DNA from: an uncultured Chloroflexia bacterium
GTDB taxonomy: Bacteria; Chloroflexota; Limnocylindria; Limnocylindrales; CSP1-4
Direction of reading: 5' to 3'
Length of the DNA stretch: 64,000 bases
NCBI GenBank assembly: GCA_963813335.1
Contig: CAWEYL010000003.1
Coordinates: 288,001-352,000 of the forward strand
Of this stretch, positions 43,845 through 52,461 are shown piece after piece (position 1 is the stretch's first letter; the number at the start of each line of letters is the position of its first letter). The translations under genes were made by a program, and so were the position numbers. The notes below the pieces were generated by a model. It made no database searches, was not told the DNA's origin, and was given only the letters and a program-made list of their open reading frames with translations.

Positions 43845-43960
43845 TGCGGCACCAGCGCGCCACCGTCCGCGTGGTACCGACCTCGGCTGGATGACCGGCG
43901 GGCCAGGGACGAGCGGCCGTGACGTCGGGCCCTGCCGCTGCTGGATCGCATCGGCGCGCG

Positions 43961-44360
43961 ATGCGCGCGCTGGCATGGTTCACGTTGGCACGGGGCTGCC
44001 TGGCGTTGGCCCTGGGTGTCGCTCTGCTCCTGCGGCTCGACGGGACGAGTGAGACCCTCGCCACATTCATGGGCCTCTACTGGCTGACGGGCGGGGTCGT
44101 CACGCTGACCCTCCATCGCGAGATCCGCAGCATCGGTGCGCGTCGCATGCCGATCGTGGCCGGCATTACGGGCGAAGCATGGCCGGGGCGCCGACGGATT
44201 CCCCGGAGCTCGAGGGGCGAGTCGACGCCTGGTCGAGTCGCTCGAAGAGGCGGTCGCGATCGATGTGCTCGGGTCGTTCTGGCGGCGGCGCGATCTTCGT
44301 GGCCCGCACGGTCGGCCGGCTGGTATGAACGTCCAGGGACGCAACGGGGCGGCTCATGAA
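43961..44360 (+). pseudogene. Degraded HdeD/DUF308-like membrane protein
   Basis: RGCLALALGVALL..ATFMGLYWLTGGV N-terminus; hydrophobic pattern breaks down across frames after ~44170. Confidence 0.5.
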
Positions 44361-44433
44361 GGACGTCCAGTGCAGGGAACCGAGTTGATGGTCCGGGCGA
44401 GAGGATGGGAGCCTCCCAAGGACCGGGACGGCG

Positions 44434-45843
44434 TCACGCCTCTGCCGCCCCGTGACAGTGCTTGACCTTGCGGCCGCTCCCGCACGGGCACGGGTCGTTC
44501 CGCCCGGCCTTCGCGACAGCAGCCCGGAGTTCGGCGTCGCGTGCCGCGTAGACCGCCATCAACTCTGCCGGGGCACGACCCTGGCTCAGCAGGGCCGACA
44601 TCGCACGCATCGGCTGGTCGACATGGTGGAAGAACGCCTTGTACCCACTGCACAGGTAGTTGAGCCCGGGCTCGCCGTCCGGCGTCCGGATGAAGCGGTC
44701 CTTGGGACATGCGCCGTGGCAGGCGAACCGGACGTCGCAGTCAAGACAGAACTGCGGGAGGGTGTCGAGCTTGTCCTGACCGAACTTGCGCTGGGCGGGT
44801 GAGGCGACCAGCTCGGCCATCGGCGTCTCCGTGATGTTGCCGAGCTTGTAGCCCTCCTCGACGAAGTGATCGCACGAGTAGACGTCGCCGTTGTGCTCCA
44901 TCGCCAGCGCGGCGCCGCAGGTCGGCTGGAAGACGCACAGGCCGCCCGGCTCGCCGTGCCAGTTGGCCAGGGCGACATCGAACATCTGGACGTAGACGGT
45001 CCCGATGTCCCGGCGGACCCACTCGTCGAAGACCGTGTTGAGGAACGTGCCGTACTGGTCGGCCGTGACGGAGCGGTCGGTCACGAGATCGCCTTCCTGG
45101 CGGTATAGCGGCCGGTCGCGCCACGATCGCCACGGCGCCTCGCGCGCCAGGCCCGGAGACAGCTCGATCTGATCGAGGGTCACGTCGATCCGCGGTGTCG
45201 GCAGGCGCTCGATGATCGGGATGAACTGGAGATAGCGCGACCCGAGCTCGTCGCGCAGGTAGCGGTAGACCTCGAGCGGACTGTCGGCGTTCGCCCGGTG
45301 GAGCGTGGTCAGGGTGTTGAACTCGACGTCGTGGCGCTTCAGGGTCTCGAGACCGCGGAGCACGCGGTCGGAGGTCGGCGCGCCGCCTCGGTCGACGCGA
45401 TAGGCATCGTGCATCGCCGGCGGTCCGTCGATGCTGATCCCGACGAGGTAGTCGTGCTCCTTGAAGATCGCCGCCATCTCGTCGTCGATAAGCGTGCCGT
45501 TGGTCTGGATCGTGAATTCGACCTGCATGCCCGGCCGCCGGTACTTCTCGACGTAGGCATGGGCGCGCCGGAAGAAGTCGGCGCCCATGAGGGTCGGCTC
45601 ACCGCCCTGCCAGGCGATCGCCACGTACGGCACCCGCTGCGCCTCGATCAGCTGGCGGATGTACGACTCGAGCAGCTCGTCGGCCATTCGGAAGCGACTG
45701 CCCGGATACAGCATCTCCTTGGACAGGAAGAAGCAATACTCGCAGTCGAGGTTACAGGTCGCGCCGGTCGGCTTGGCCAGGAGGTGAAAGGCCGGCGGGG
45801 CGTCCGTCGCTGCGGTCGGGACAGGCGTCTCGGTCGGATTCAT
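44434..45843 (-). CDS. Anaerobic sulfatase maturase (radical SAM/SPASM) with C-terminal SEC-C motif
   Basis: AKPTGATCNLDCEYCFFL, WQGGEPTL, EHNGDVYSCDHFV, C..C.....CHGACPKDR, GRNDPCPCGSGRKVKHCH. Confidence 0.95.
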   Translation of the reverse strand: MNPTETPVPTAATDAPPAFHLLAKPTGATCNLDCEYCFFLSKEMLYPGSRFRMADELLESYIRQLIEAQRVPYVAIAWQGGEPTLMGADFFRRAHAYVEKYRRPGMQVEFTIQTNGTLIDDEMAAIFKEHDYLVGISIDGPPAMHDAYRVDRGGAPTSDRVLRGLETLKRHDVEFNTLTTLHRANADSPLEVYRYLRDELGSRYLQFIPIIERLPTPRIDVTLDQIELSPGLAREAPWRSWRDRPLYRQEGDLVTDRSVTADQYGTFLNTVFDEWVRRDIGTVYVQMFDVALANWHGEPGGLCVFQPTCGAALAMEHNGDVYSCDHFVEEGYKLGNITETPMAELVASPAQRKFGQDKLDTLPQFCLDCDVRFACHGACPKDRFIRTPDGEPGLNYLCSGYKAFFHHVDQPMRAMSALLSQGRAPAELMAVYAARDAELRAAVAKAGRNDPCPCGSGRKVKHCHGAAEA

Positions 45844-45877
45844 CGGGGCACCGAGCCGCCGTGGACGACGCCCACAT

Positions 45878-46006
45878 CTACACCGCGGCGGCCGCGACGG
45901 CCGGTGTCTGGACGGGCGACCACGACTCCGGCGCCGAACCGGTGCTCGGACACCACGTGCGCGTGACGCCGATCTGGAGTCGGTAGACGTCGATCATGCG
46001 GCGCAC
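45878..46006 (-). CDS. Candidate 42-aa small peptide upstream of the radical SAM enzyme
   Basis: GAAAGGG before GTG (or ATG at 45997); stop 34 bp upstream of the maturase start. Confidence 0.4.
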   Translation of the reverse strand: MRRMIDVYRLQIGVTRTWCPSTGSAPESWSPVQTPAVAAAAV

Positions 46007-46182
46007 TTGTCCCTTTCCGTCGCGGTGGTCCACCACAACCATAGTGGTCCGGCCGAGCACGCGAAGCGGCATCTCGCCGACTTGGGGCACGGTCGGGCGC
46101 GACCAGCCGAGCACAGGATCTCCCTCGGACGCTCGGAGGTGTGGCCGAGTCTGTCGAGCCGTGAGTCGCCGGAGAACGAGGA

Positions 46183-46218
46183 ACCGGAGACCGAGGGCCG
46201 GTGCCCGCGATCTCCGGT
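46183..46218 (-). terminator. Hairpin downstream of the DDHGG-repeat gene
   Basis: ACCGGAGA...TCTCCGGT stem followed on the minus strand by a pyrimidine-rich tract. Confidence 0.5.
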
Positions 46219-46250
46219 CGTTGGTGGGCGCCAACCGGGCCTACCAGGTC

Positions 46251-46790
46251 TCAGTTGCCGTCGTCGCTCCCGCCACCCTTGCCGCCGTGGTCGTCGGGCG
46301 TGGCCGTCGGCTTGGCCGCGTCGTCGCTGCCGCCACCCTTGCCGCCGTGGTCGTCGGGCGTGGCCGTCGGCTTGGCCGTCGGCTTCGCCGAGTCGTCGCT
46401 GCCGCCTCCGCTGCCGGCGTGGTCGTCCGCCGAGGCGGTCGGCTTGGCCGCATCATCGCTGCCGCCACCGCTGCCGCCGTGGTCGTCGGGCGAGGCGGTC
46501 GGGTTCGTCGCGTCGTCGCTGCCGCCGCCGCTGTCGCCGTGGTCGTCGGCCGACGCGGTCGGCTGGGCCGCGTCGTCGCTGCCGGCGCCGCTGCCGCCGT
46601 GGTCGTCGGGCGAGGCGGTCGGCGTCTCGATCAGCCCGCCATTGTCGTCCGCGCCCACAGCGGGCTGGGCGACGATCGGAGCCGGATGGTCATCCTTGTT
46701 CTCGGCGTCGCGAGCCAGGGCCATGCCACCGACCATCAGGAGGGCGGCGGCGGCGAGGATGCCAGTGGTGGTGAGGTTTTGGCGGTTCAT
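46251..46790 (-). CDS. Secreted low-complexity protein with six 20-aa PTA(S/T)xDDHGGxGGGSDD repeats
   Basis: Signal peptide (ILAAAALLMVGGMALA), then a tandem repeat array. Confidence 0.85.
   Translation of the reverse strand: MNRQNLTTTGILAAAALLMVGGMALARDAENKDDHPAPIVAQPAVGADDNGGLIETPTASPDDHGGSGAGSDDAAQPTASADDHGDSGGGSDDATNPTASPDDHGGSGGGSDDAAKPTASADDHAGSGGGSDDSAKPTAKPTATPDDHGGKGGGSDDAAKPTATPDDHGGKGGGSDDGN
46254..46622 (-). repeat. Coding 60-bp tandem repeat, 6 copies
   Basis: Directly visible; one 12-bp PTAK insertion between copies 4 and 5. Confidence 0.9.
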
Positions 46791-46902
46791 CTCAGACCCT
46801 CATATCTCGGTGCTGGTCGTTCTGTCAGTCGGGTGGGTTCGCTGCACTGAACGATGGGGTCGGTCTGCGGCTTGCACCACCGGCCCAGGTTCCGAAACGC
46901 AT

Positions 46903-46939
46903 CGGACCTTGGTCTGACGCCGGCTCAGACCCGGGTCCG
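46903..46939 (-). promoter_or_regulatory. Two GACC-N2-GGTC boxes upstream of the DDHGG gene
   Basis: Minus strand CGGACCCGGGTCTGA followed by TCAGACCAAGGTCCG. Confidence 0.65.
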
Positions 46940-46993
46940 GTCTCCTCGCGCCGCCGCCCTCCTACAATCGGGTGCAAGGAACAGGAGGTAGCG

Positions 46994-48484
46994 GTGCTTC
47001 GACAGCGAGTCGCCGGGCTCAGGGCGCAGGCTCGAAGCCGACCGGGACGACCTCGTGTTCGTCTGCCGACGGCCTGGCACCTGCCCGGGCTCGGCCTGGC
47101 GGGCATGCCCCTGGCCCGCCGCTACCTGCTGGTCAGCCTCGTCTTCGTCGTCATCGGCGGGGGAGTGGTGGCCTTCTCACTCGGCCAGCTCATCGAGAGC
47201 AGCGCCATCAACCGCACGACCTCGCTGACCGCCTTGTATGCCGACAGCTTCCTGGCGCCAGAGCTGCAGTCGCTGGCCAGCAGCCAGGACCTGAGCCCGT
47301 CCGAGATCGCATCCCTCCAGCGCCTCCTCAGCGATTCGCCACTGGCCCAGAAGGTCGTCTCCTTCCGGGTCTGGTCGACCGACGGTCGGATCCTCTACAG
47401 CCCGGTCCCGGAGCTGATCGGCCGCCGGTTCGACATGAGCGGTGACCGCGGCGCGGCCGCCCAGGGCGCGGTGATCGGGGACCTCAGCGACCTCAGCGAT
47501 CCGGAGAACGCGTACGAGCGGGAGCGCTGGAACCACCTCATCGAGATCTACCTGCCGGTTCGCGCGACCGGCTCGTCCCGGATCATCGCGGTGGCCGAGT
47601 TCTATCAGCTCCCCGACGAGCTCGAGGCCGAGGTGAACAAGGACCGCCTGATCACGTGGGGGCTGGTGGCGGGCGCCACGTTCCTGGCCTATCTGGCCCT
47701 CGTCCGCGTCGTTCGCCAGGGCAGTTCGACGATCCTCCGCCAGGAGGGCGAGCTCCGGCAACAGGTGCTCGAGCTCTCGACGCTGCTCGAGCGGAACGCA
47801 CGGCTGAGCGACCGCATCCGTCATGCGGCGGCCCGGACCACGGCTCTGACCGAACTGGAGCGCCGCCGGATCGGCTCCGACCTCCACGACGGGCCGAGTC
47901 AGACCCTCGCCCTCGCGATGCTCCGTCTCGACGCCGTGGAGGGACGATTCGATGCCGCGGGCCTGACCGGCGACGCCGATCTCCAGGATGTGCGGGGCGC
48001 GATGGAGGCGGCGCTGACGGACATGCGCGGCATCGCCGCGGGGCTTCGAACCCCCGAGCTCGAGCGGGCCAGCCCGGTCGAGATCGTCCGGCGCGCCGTC
48101 GCCGAACACGAGCGCCTGGCCGAAACACCGGTCACGGTGGTGCTCGACGGCATCCCGGCCAGCGCCCCGCTCGCGACCAAGATCGCCCTCTACCGGATCC
48201 TGTCCGAGGCCCTGTCGAACGCGGCGCGGCACGGACGGGGGGCCGCGGTCGAGGTGAGGGTGACCGAGGGAGATGAGGGCGACCTGATCCTCGAGATCAG
48301 CGACAGCGGGCCCGGGTTCGATCTCACTCGGAAGCCCGCTGAAGGGCACCTCGGCCTCGCGGGCATGCGCGAGCGCGCGGAGCTGCTTGGCGGTCGGTTC
48401 GATCTCGAGTCCACCCCTGGTTTCGGCACTCGCGTCAGGGCGGCGCTGCCGCTCGTCGGACCATCGGGCGAGGAGGACGCGTGA
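46994..48484 (+). CDS. Sensor histidine kinase (HisKA_3/NarX-like, 2 TM)
   Basis: ERRRIGSDLHDGPSQ, EALSNAARH, DSGPGF, GLAGMRERAELLGG; AGGAGG RBS. Confidence 0.93.
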   Translation: MLRQRVAGLRAQARSRPGRPRVRLPTAWHLPGLGLAGMPLARRYLLVSLVFVVIGGGVVAFSLGQLIESSAINRTTSLTALYADSFLAPELQSLASSQDLSPSEIASLQRLLSDSPLAQKVVSFRVWSTDGRILYSPVPELIGRRFDMSGDRGAAAQGAVIGDLSDLSDPENAYERERWNHLIEIYLPVRATGSSRIIAVAEFYQLPDELEAEVNKDRLITWGLVAGATFLAYLALVRVVRQGSSTILRQEGELRQQVLELSTLLERNARLSDRIRHAAARTTALTELERRRIGSDLHDGPSQTLALAMLRLDAVEGRFDAAGLTGDADLQDVRGAMEAALTDMRGIAAGLRTPELERASPVEIVRRAVAEHERLAETPVTVVLDGIPASAPLATKIALYRILSEALSNAARHGRGAAVEVRVTEGDEGDLILEISDSGPGFDLTRKPAEGHLGLAGMRERAELLGGRFDLESTPGFGTRVRAALPLVGPSGEEDA

Positions 48485-49149
48485 CCGAGCCGATCCGCAT
48501 CATCGTGATGGACGACCACCCGCTCCTCCTGGACGGCCTCGTCGCCACCCTCTCGGCAGACGAGGAGCTGGAGGTGGTCGCAACGGGCGGCGACGCGTCG
48601 TCCGCTGTGGCGGCCGCACGACGCCTGCAGCCTGAGCTCGCCCTGCTCGACATCGGGATGCCCGGCGGCGGCATCGAAGCCGCGCGGCTCATCGGCTCGG
48701 GCTCTCCCACGACTCGCGTGGTCATCCTCACGAGCTCCGAGAACGAGGACGACCTGCGGGCCGCCATGGATGCGGGCGTCAAGGGCTACGTGCTCAAGGG
48801 TGTGGCCGGGCGCGAGCTTCGGACCATCCTCAAGTCGGTCCACCGCGGTGAGGTCTACGTCGCCCCCGGGCTGGCGTACGTCATGATCAAGGGCCTGACC
48901 AGGCCGCGTTCCGTCGACCCGTTCGAGGACCTGACCACTCGAGAGCGCGAGGTCCTCGAGCTCGTTGCCGCCGGCCTCTCGAATGCCGAGATCGGCGGCC
49001 GGCTCGGACTCGCCGAGAAGACCGTGAAGCACTACATGACCGCGATCCTGGGCAAGCTCCAGGTCGGCAGTCGCGTCGAGGCTGCGTTGCTCGCCTACAA
49101 GGCCGGCGTGCGCCCCGACGCGGACGGACGAGACGACAGCCAGGGCTGA
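48481..49149 (+). CDS. NarL/LuxR-family response regulator
   Basis: DDHP, LLDIGMPG, GYVLKG, LTTREREVL..GLSNAEIG..L.LAEKTVK. Confidence 0.95.
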   Translation: MTEPIRIIVMDDHPLLLDGLVATLSADEELEVVATGGDASSAVAAARRLQPELALLDIGMPGGGIEAARLIGSGSPTTRVVILTSSENEDDLRAAMDAGVKGYVLKGVAGRELRTILKSVHRGEVYVAPGLAYVMIKGLTRPRSVDPFEDLTTREREVLELVAAGLSNAEIGGRLGLAEKTVKHYMTAILGKLQVGSRVEAALLAYKAGVRPDADGRDDSQG

Positions 49150-49187
49150 ACACCGCGAGGGACCGCCTCCCCCGCCATCGTCTGCCA

Positions 49188-49224
49188 CGGACCAAGGGTC
49201 GGCGCCCGTTCAGACCAAGGTCCG
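49188..49224 (+). promoter_or_regulatory. Two GACC-N2/3-GGTC boxes upstream of the secreted protein at 49356
   Basis: CGGACCAAGGGTCGG followed by TCAGACCAAGGTCCG (identical 15-mer to the minus-strand box at 46903-46917). Confidence 0.65.
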
Positions 49225-49355
49225 GCTTCGTTCGCGACTGGAGCCCGTTCCGAAACCGCATCGTTCCGCCGAGGCTGTGCATCAACGAAAGGGCGCGGCG
49301 CCAAGGGAACCACCCAGCGGCCCGCCCGGTCCGTCAAGCAGTCAAGGAGCCACCG

Positions 49356-49775
49356 ATGTCCCGCCTCAGCACCAGCCGCGTCTCCCGCTTCCTCGCGACG
49401 ACCGGCATCGCGTCCGCCATCCTGCTCGGGACGCTCGCCGCCCCGACGGCCACGCTCGCCAAGGGCGGCGGCACCGTCGTCCGCGCCACGGGCACCTGCA
49501 CGGCCGCCAGCACTTCGAAGCTCAAGGCCAAGCACGACGGCAGTCGCATCGAGGTCGAGTTCGAGGTCGATCAGAACCGCAACAACCGCCTGTGGAAGGT
49601 GACCATCTCGGACGACGGCCACCGGGTCTTCACCGGCACGCGCCGGACCGTGGCACCCAGCGGCTCGTTCTCCGTCACGCGCCGGATCCCGAACCGCGTC
49701 GGCAAGGACCGGATCGTCGCCCGGGCCGTCAATGCCACGACGGGCGAGGTCTGCCGGGCGGCGCTCAGCGTCTGA
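49356..49775 (+). CDS. Secreted basic beta-rich protein with two Cys
   Basis: AAGGAG RBS, signal peptide ending ATLA, GTC..S.SKLKAK.D..RIEVEFEVD, C-terminal GEVCRA. Confidence 0.85.
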   Translation: MSRLSTSRVSRFLATTGIASAILLGTLAAPTATLAKGGGTVVRATGTCTAASTSKLKAKHDGSRIEVEFEVDQNRNNRLWKVTISDDGHRVFTGTRRTVAPSGSFSVTRRIPNRVGKDRIVARAVNATTGEVCRAALSV

Positions 49776-49794
49776 ATCCCGCGCTTCCCGAACG

Positions 49795-49825
49795 AACGGA
49801 CGGTGGTCCACGACCACCGTCCGTT
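49795..49825 (+). terminator. Intrinsic terminator
   Basis: Perfect 14-bp stem AACGGACGGTGGTC-CAC-GACCACCGTCCGTT followed by TCTTGATT. Confidence 0.8.
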
Positions 49826-49904
49826 TCTTGATTCCCGGGGCGGGTCGGCGAGGGTGATCGGCGCGGTCGGGCCCCGCGACAGCGGCCCGATCACATCGAT
49901 CGGG

Positions 49905-51105
49905 TCAGGATGCCGGATCCTGCGACGAGTCCGCTGGCTCGGTCGGGACGGCCGCCTCATCGGCGGAGATCGCATCGCCCCCGGAGCCAGCGGGGCGTCG
50001 GGCGACGCCGGGCATCGCCTGCTGGACCGCCCGCCCGATCATCTCGAGGAGTGGGGCGACTTGGCCAAGCAGCTCCACTCCTTCGCCGTAGAAGGTCAGG
50101 TTCGTCCCCTGGAGGACCTTTGATGCGGCCTCGACGATCTCGGGTGCCTGCTGGACCGGGAGCAACTCGAGCTGCATCTGCTGCTGTGCCCGTGGGAGCA
50201 GCAACTGCTGATCGACATCGAGCGACTTGACCTGATTCTGCAGCGTTCGCATGGCGAGTTCCTCGGCGAGGATCCCGCGCTCGGTCTCGATCCGAAGGAG
50301 TCGGACCGGAGCCTCCGCCGTCAGGCGGTCCTGCTCGGCAGCGAGCCTGCCGTGCAGCCGCTGCTGTTCGAGTTCGCCTTCCTGCCGCTCGGTCTCGAAG
50401 TGTTCCGCCAGGTCTCGCCGCTGGCGAGCGACCTTGGCGGTCTCCATCTCCTCCTCGCGTCGGAGGGTGGCCTGGTCGGCCGCCAGCTTCTGTTCCTGGA
50501 TCCGGGTCTCGGACTCCAGTTCGGCCAACTGGAACTGCTCCTGGGCCTGCATGTTCGACTGGTCGGCCTTGAGCTTGATCTCGTTGCGGACCTCGGCCTC
50601 GAGCTGCTGCCGAAGGGTGGGGTCGACGATGAAGACCTGCGCGACCTGGGATGTCTCGATCCGGACGCCCCATTCCGTCGCGTCGCTGCCCTCGGGGTGG
50701 ACCGTCGCCCGCAAGCGCCGCGTCGATGACGCCGCTCAGCGTCGTCTTCCGCTGCTCGATGCACTCGACCATCGTCATGTGCGAGACGGCGTGCCGCAAT
50801 TCGCCGTAGCAGACGTGGGTGAGCAGAGTGGTGATCTGGGTCGTGCCGTCGCCCTTCGTGAAGTCGAACATGGCGGCAGCGGCGACGGGGTCGGTGATCC
50901 GATAGATGAAGGTGCCCTTGAACCGCAGCGGGACGCCGTCCTTGGTCTCCTGGGTGAACTCGAAGGCCGCTTCCTGCTTCGTGCTCGGGACCAGGACGTA
51001 GATCGTGCCCGGCCTCAGGTAGGTGTTGACCGCCGATCCGCGGTTCTCGAGCACCCCCTTGCGACCCACCAAGAGGTACTCGTTCGGCCCAGCGCGCACC
51101 ATCAT
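49905..51105 (-). CDS. SPFH/flotillin-like protein, +1 frameshift at ~50710
   Basis: FTQETKDGVPLRFKG..IYRI.DP SPFH core, WGVRIE, Glu/Gln coiled coil; GAAGGAGG RBS. Confidence 0.8.
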
Positions 51106-51427
51106 CAGCCTCCTTCGGCGGGCCGTCGGGTAGGCGTCGTCATGACGCTCCACGCGCCCTGAGACAAGGAGAGCACTGCGGGCCGACGTCTCCAATCAGC
51201 CGGAAGTCCGGTCGGTGCCTCGGGGGGCGTTGGCGAGCGGGGAAGCCAGCTCCGGTCGTACGCGCAGCGCTTGTCAGCGGCAGCGGCTGTCGGCGGTGGC
51301 AGGCCCGCTCTCGACGCACCGCGATCGGTACGCTCCTCGGATACGAGGCCTCGGCCTTCTGGGGCGTGAGGTGAGCACGGTCACGGCAAGCTCGTGGTGG
51401 ACCCGCCTGTGACTCGATGTGGACCGG

Positions 51428-51703
51428 CTACGCGCTCGCCAGAACGCTGAACACGTCGACCGACTCGACTCGCATGAAGGGAGGTCGAGGCGCAGTGCGG
51501 GCGGCCTCGAGGGCGTCGCGCGCGGCCTCCTCGGACGCGAAGACCAGGACATTGAGCGTCCTGCCGGCACCGTCGCTCATCCAGAGCGCCGAGACGAAGC
51601 CCGGCGCAATGCGAACGCGCGGCGCCACGTTCGCATTCACCATGCTCCCGCTTCCATCGATCTGCGCCGCATCGCCCGCCTCGCGGACCACGACTGCGAA
51701 CAT
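51428..51703 (-). CDS. Small ABM/ferredoxin-like fold hypothetical protein
   Basis: AAGGAG RBS; APGFVS.LW, VFASEEAA pattern. Confidence 0.7.
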   Translation of the reverse strand: MFAVVVREAGDAAQIDGSGSMVNANVAPRVRIAPGFVSALWMSDGAGRTLNVLVFASEEAARDALEAARTAPRPPFMRVESVDVFSVLASA

Positions 51704-51768
51704 CGGACGCTCCTTCTCTTATGATCACGCAAGCCAACGTGATTTCACATAAGGTAGAGTTGCACGAA

Positions 51769-52437
51769 ATGACCCAGAGCGTCAAGCCCCGTCGCCGCTA
51801 CGACTCACCGCGGCGCGCCGCGCAGGCCGCGCAGACGCGACGCGACATCGTGACGGCGGCCGGGCTGCTCTTCCGTGATCGCGGCTACGGCGTCCCGCTG
51901 GCCGAGATCGCGAGCGAGGCCGGCGTTGTCGTCGAGACGGTGTACCGGATCTTCGGCACCAAGGCCGCGCTCTTCGGGGCAGCGGTGGAGGCACTGCTGG
52001 CGGGTGGCGCCGGTCGGGCCGAGGTCCCCGTCGAGCAGCGGCCGGCGATCAGTGCCATTCGCGACGAGCCGGATCCGCGCAAGCAGGTGGAGCGCTATGC
52101 CGCGACGCAGCCCGGGATCCATCGTCGTGCGGGACCACTCTTGCGCGCCCTCCGCGATGCCAGGGGGAGCGATCCCGATCTCCGGCGGCTGTGGGACGAG
52201 ATGGAGGCCTGGCGGCTCGACGGGCAGGGGCGCTTCGTGCAGATGCTCGCCGATCGGGGGGCGCTCGCGCCGGGCCTCACGGTCCATGTGGCGATCGACA
52301 TCACGTGGACGCTGTGCTCGCTTGCGGTCTACGACTCGCTGGTCCTCGGTCGGGGCTGGGGCGACGAGCGCTACCAGGCCTGGCTGACCGAGACTCTCGC
52401 CCGGCAACTGCTCGCGGGTGACTCTCCTCGCCGCTGA
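51769..52437 (+). CDS. TetR/AcrR family regulator
   Basis: RRYDSPRR..QA.QTR..I, IA.EAGV..ETVY..FGTKAAL HTH. Confidence 0.9.
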   Translation: MTQSVKPRRRYDSPRRAAQAAQTRRDIVTAAGLLFRDRGYGVPLAEIASEAGVVVETVYRIFGTKAALFGAAVEALLAGGAGRAEVPVEQRPAISAIRDEPDPRKQVERYAATQPGIHRRAGPLLRALRDARGSDPDLRRLWDEMEAWRLDGQGRFVQMLADRGALAPGLTVHVAIDITWTLCSLAVYDSLVLGRGWGDERYQAWLTETLARQLLAGDSPRR

Positions 52438-52461
52438 AGCCGCGGGAGACGCGAGGCACTC

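Noticed and set aside
46254-46622. 60-bp tandem repeats as a CRISPR array or multi-core RiPP precursor for the nearby radical SAM enzyme
   Set aside because: The repeats are contiguous, in-frame and lack unique spacers; no cas genes are present. The protein has a Sec-type signal peptide and is separated from the enzyme by a hairpin.
51733-51768. TetR operator (GTGA-TT-TCAC and flanks)
   Set aside because: Plausible location between divergent genes, but the palindrome is short and imperfect; not called as a feature.
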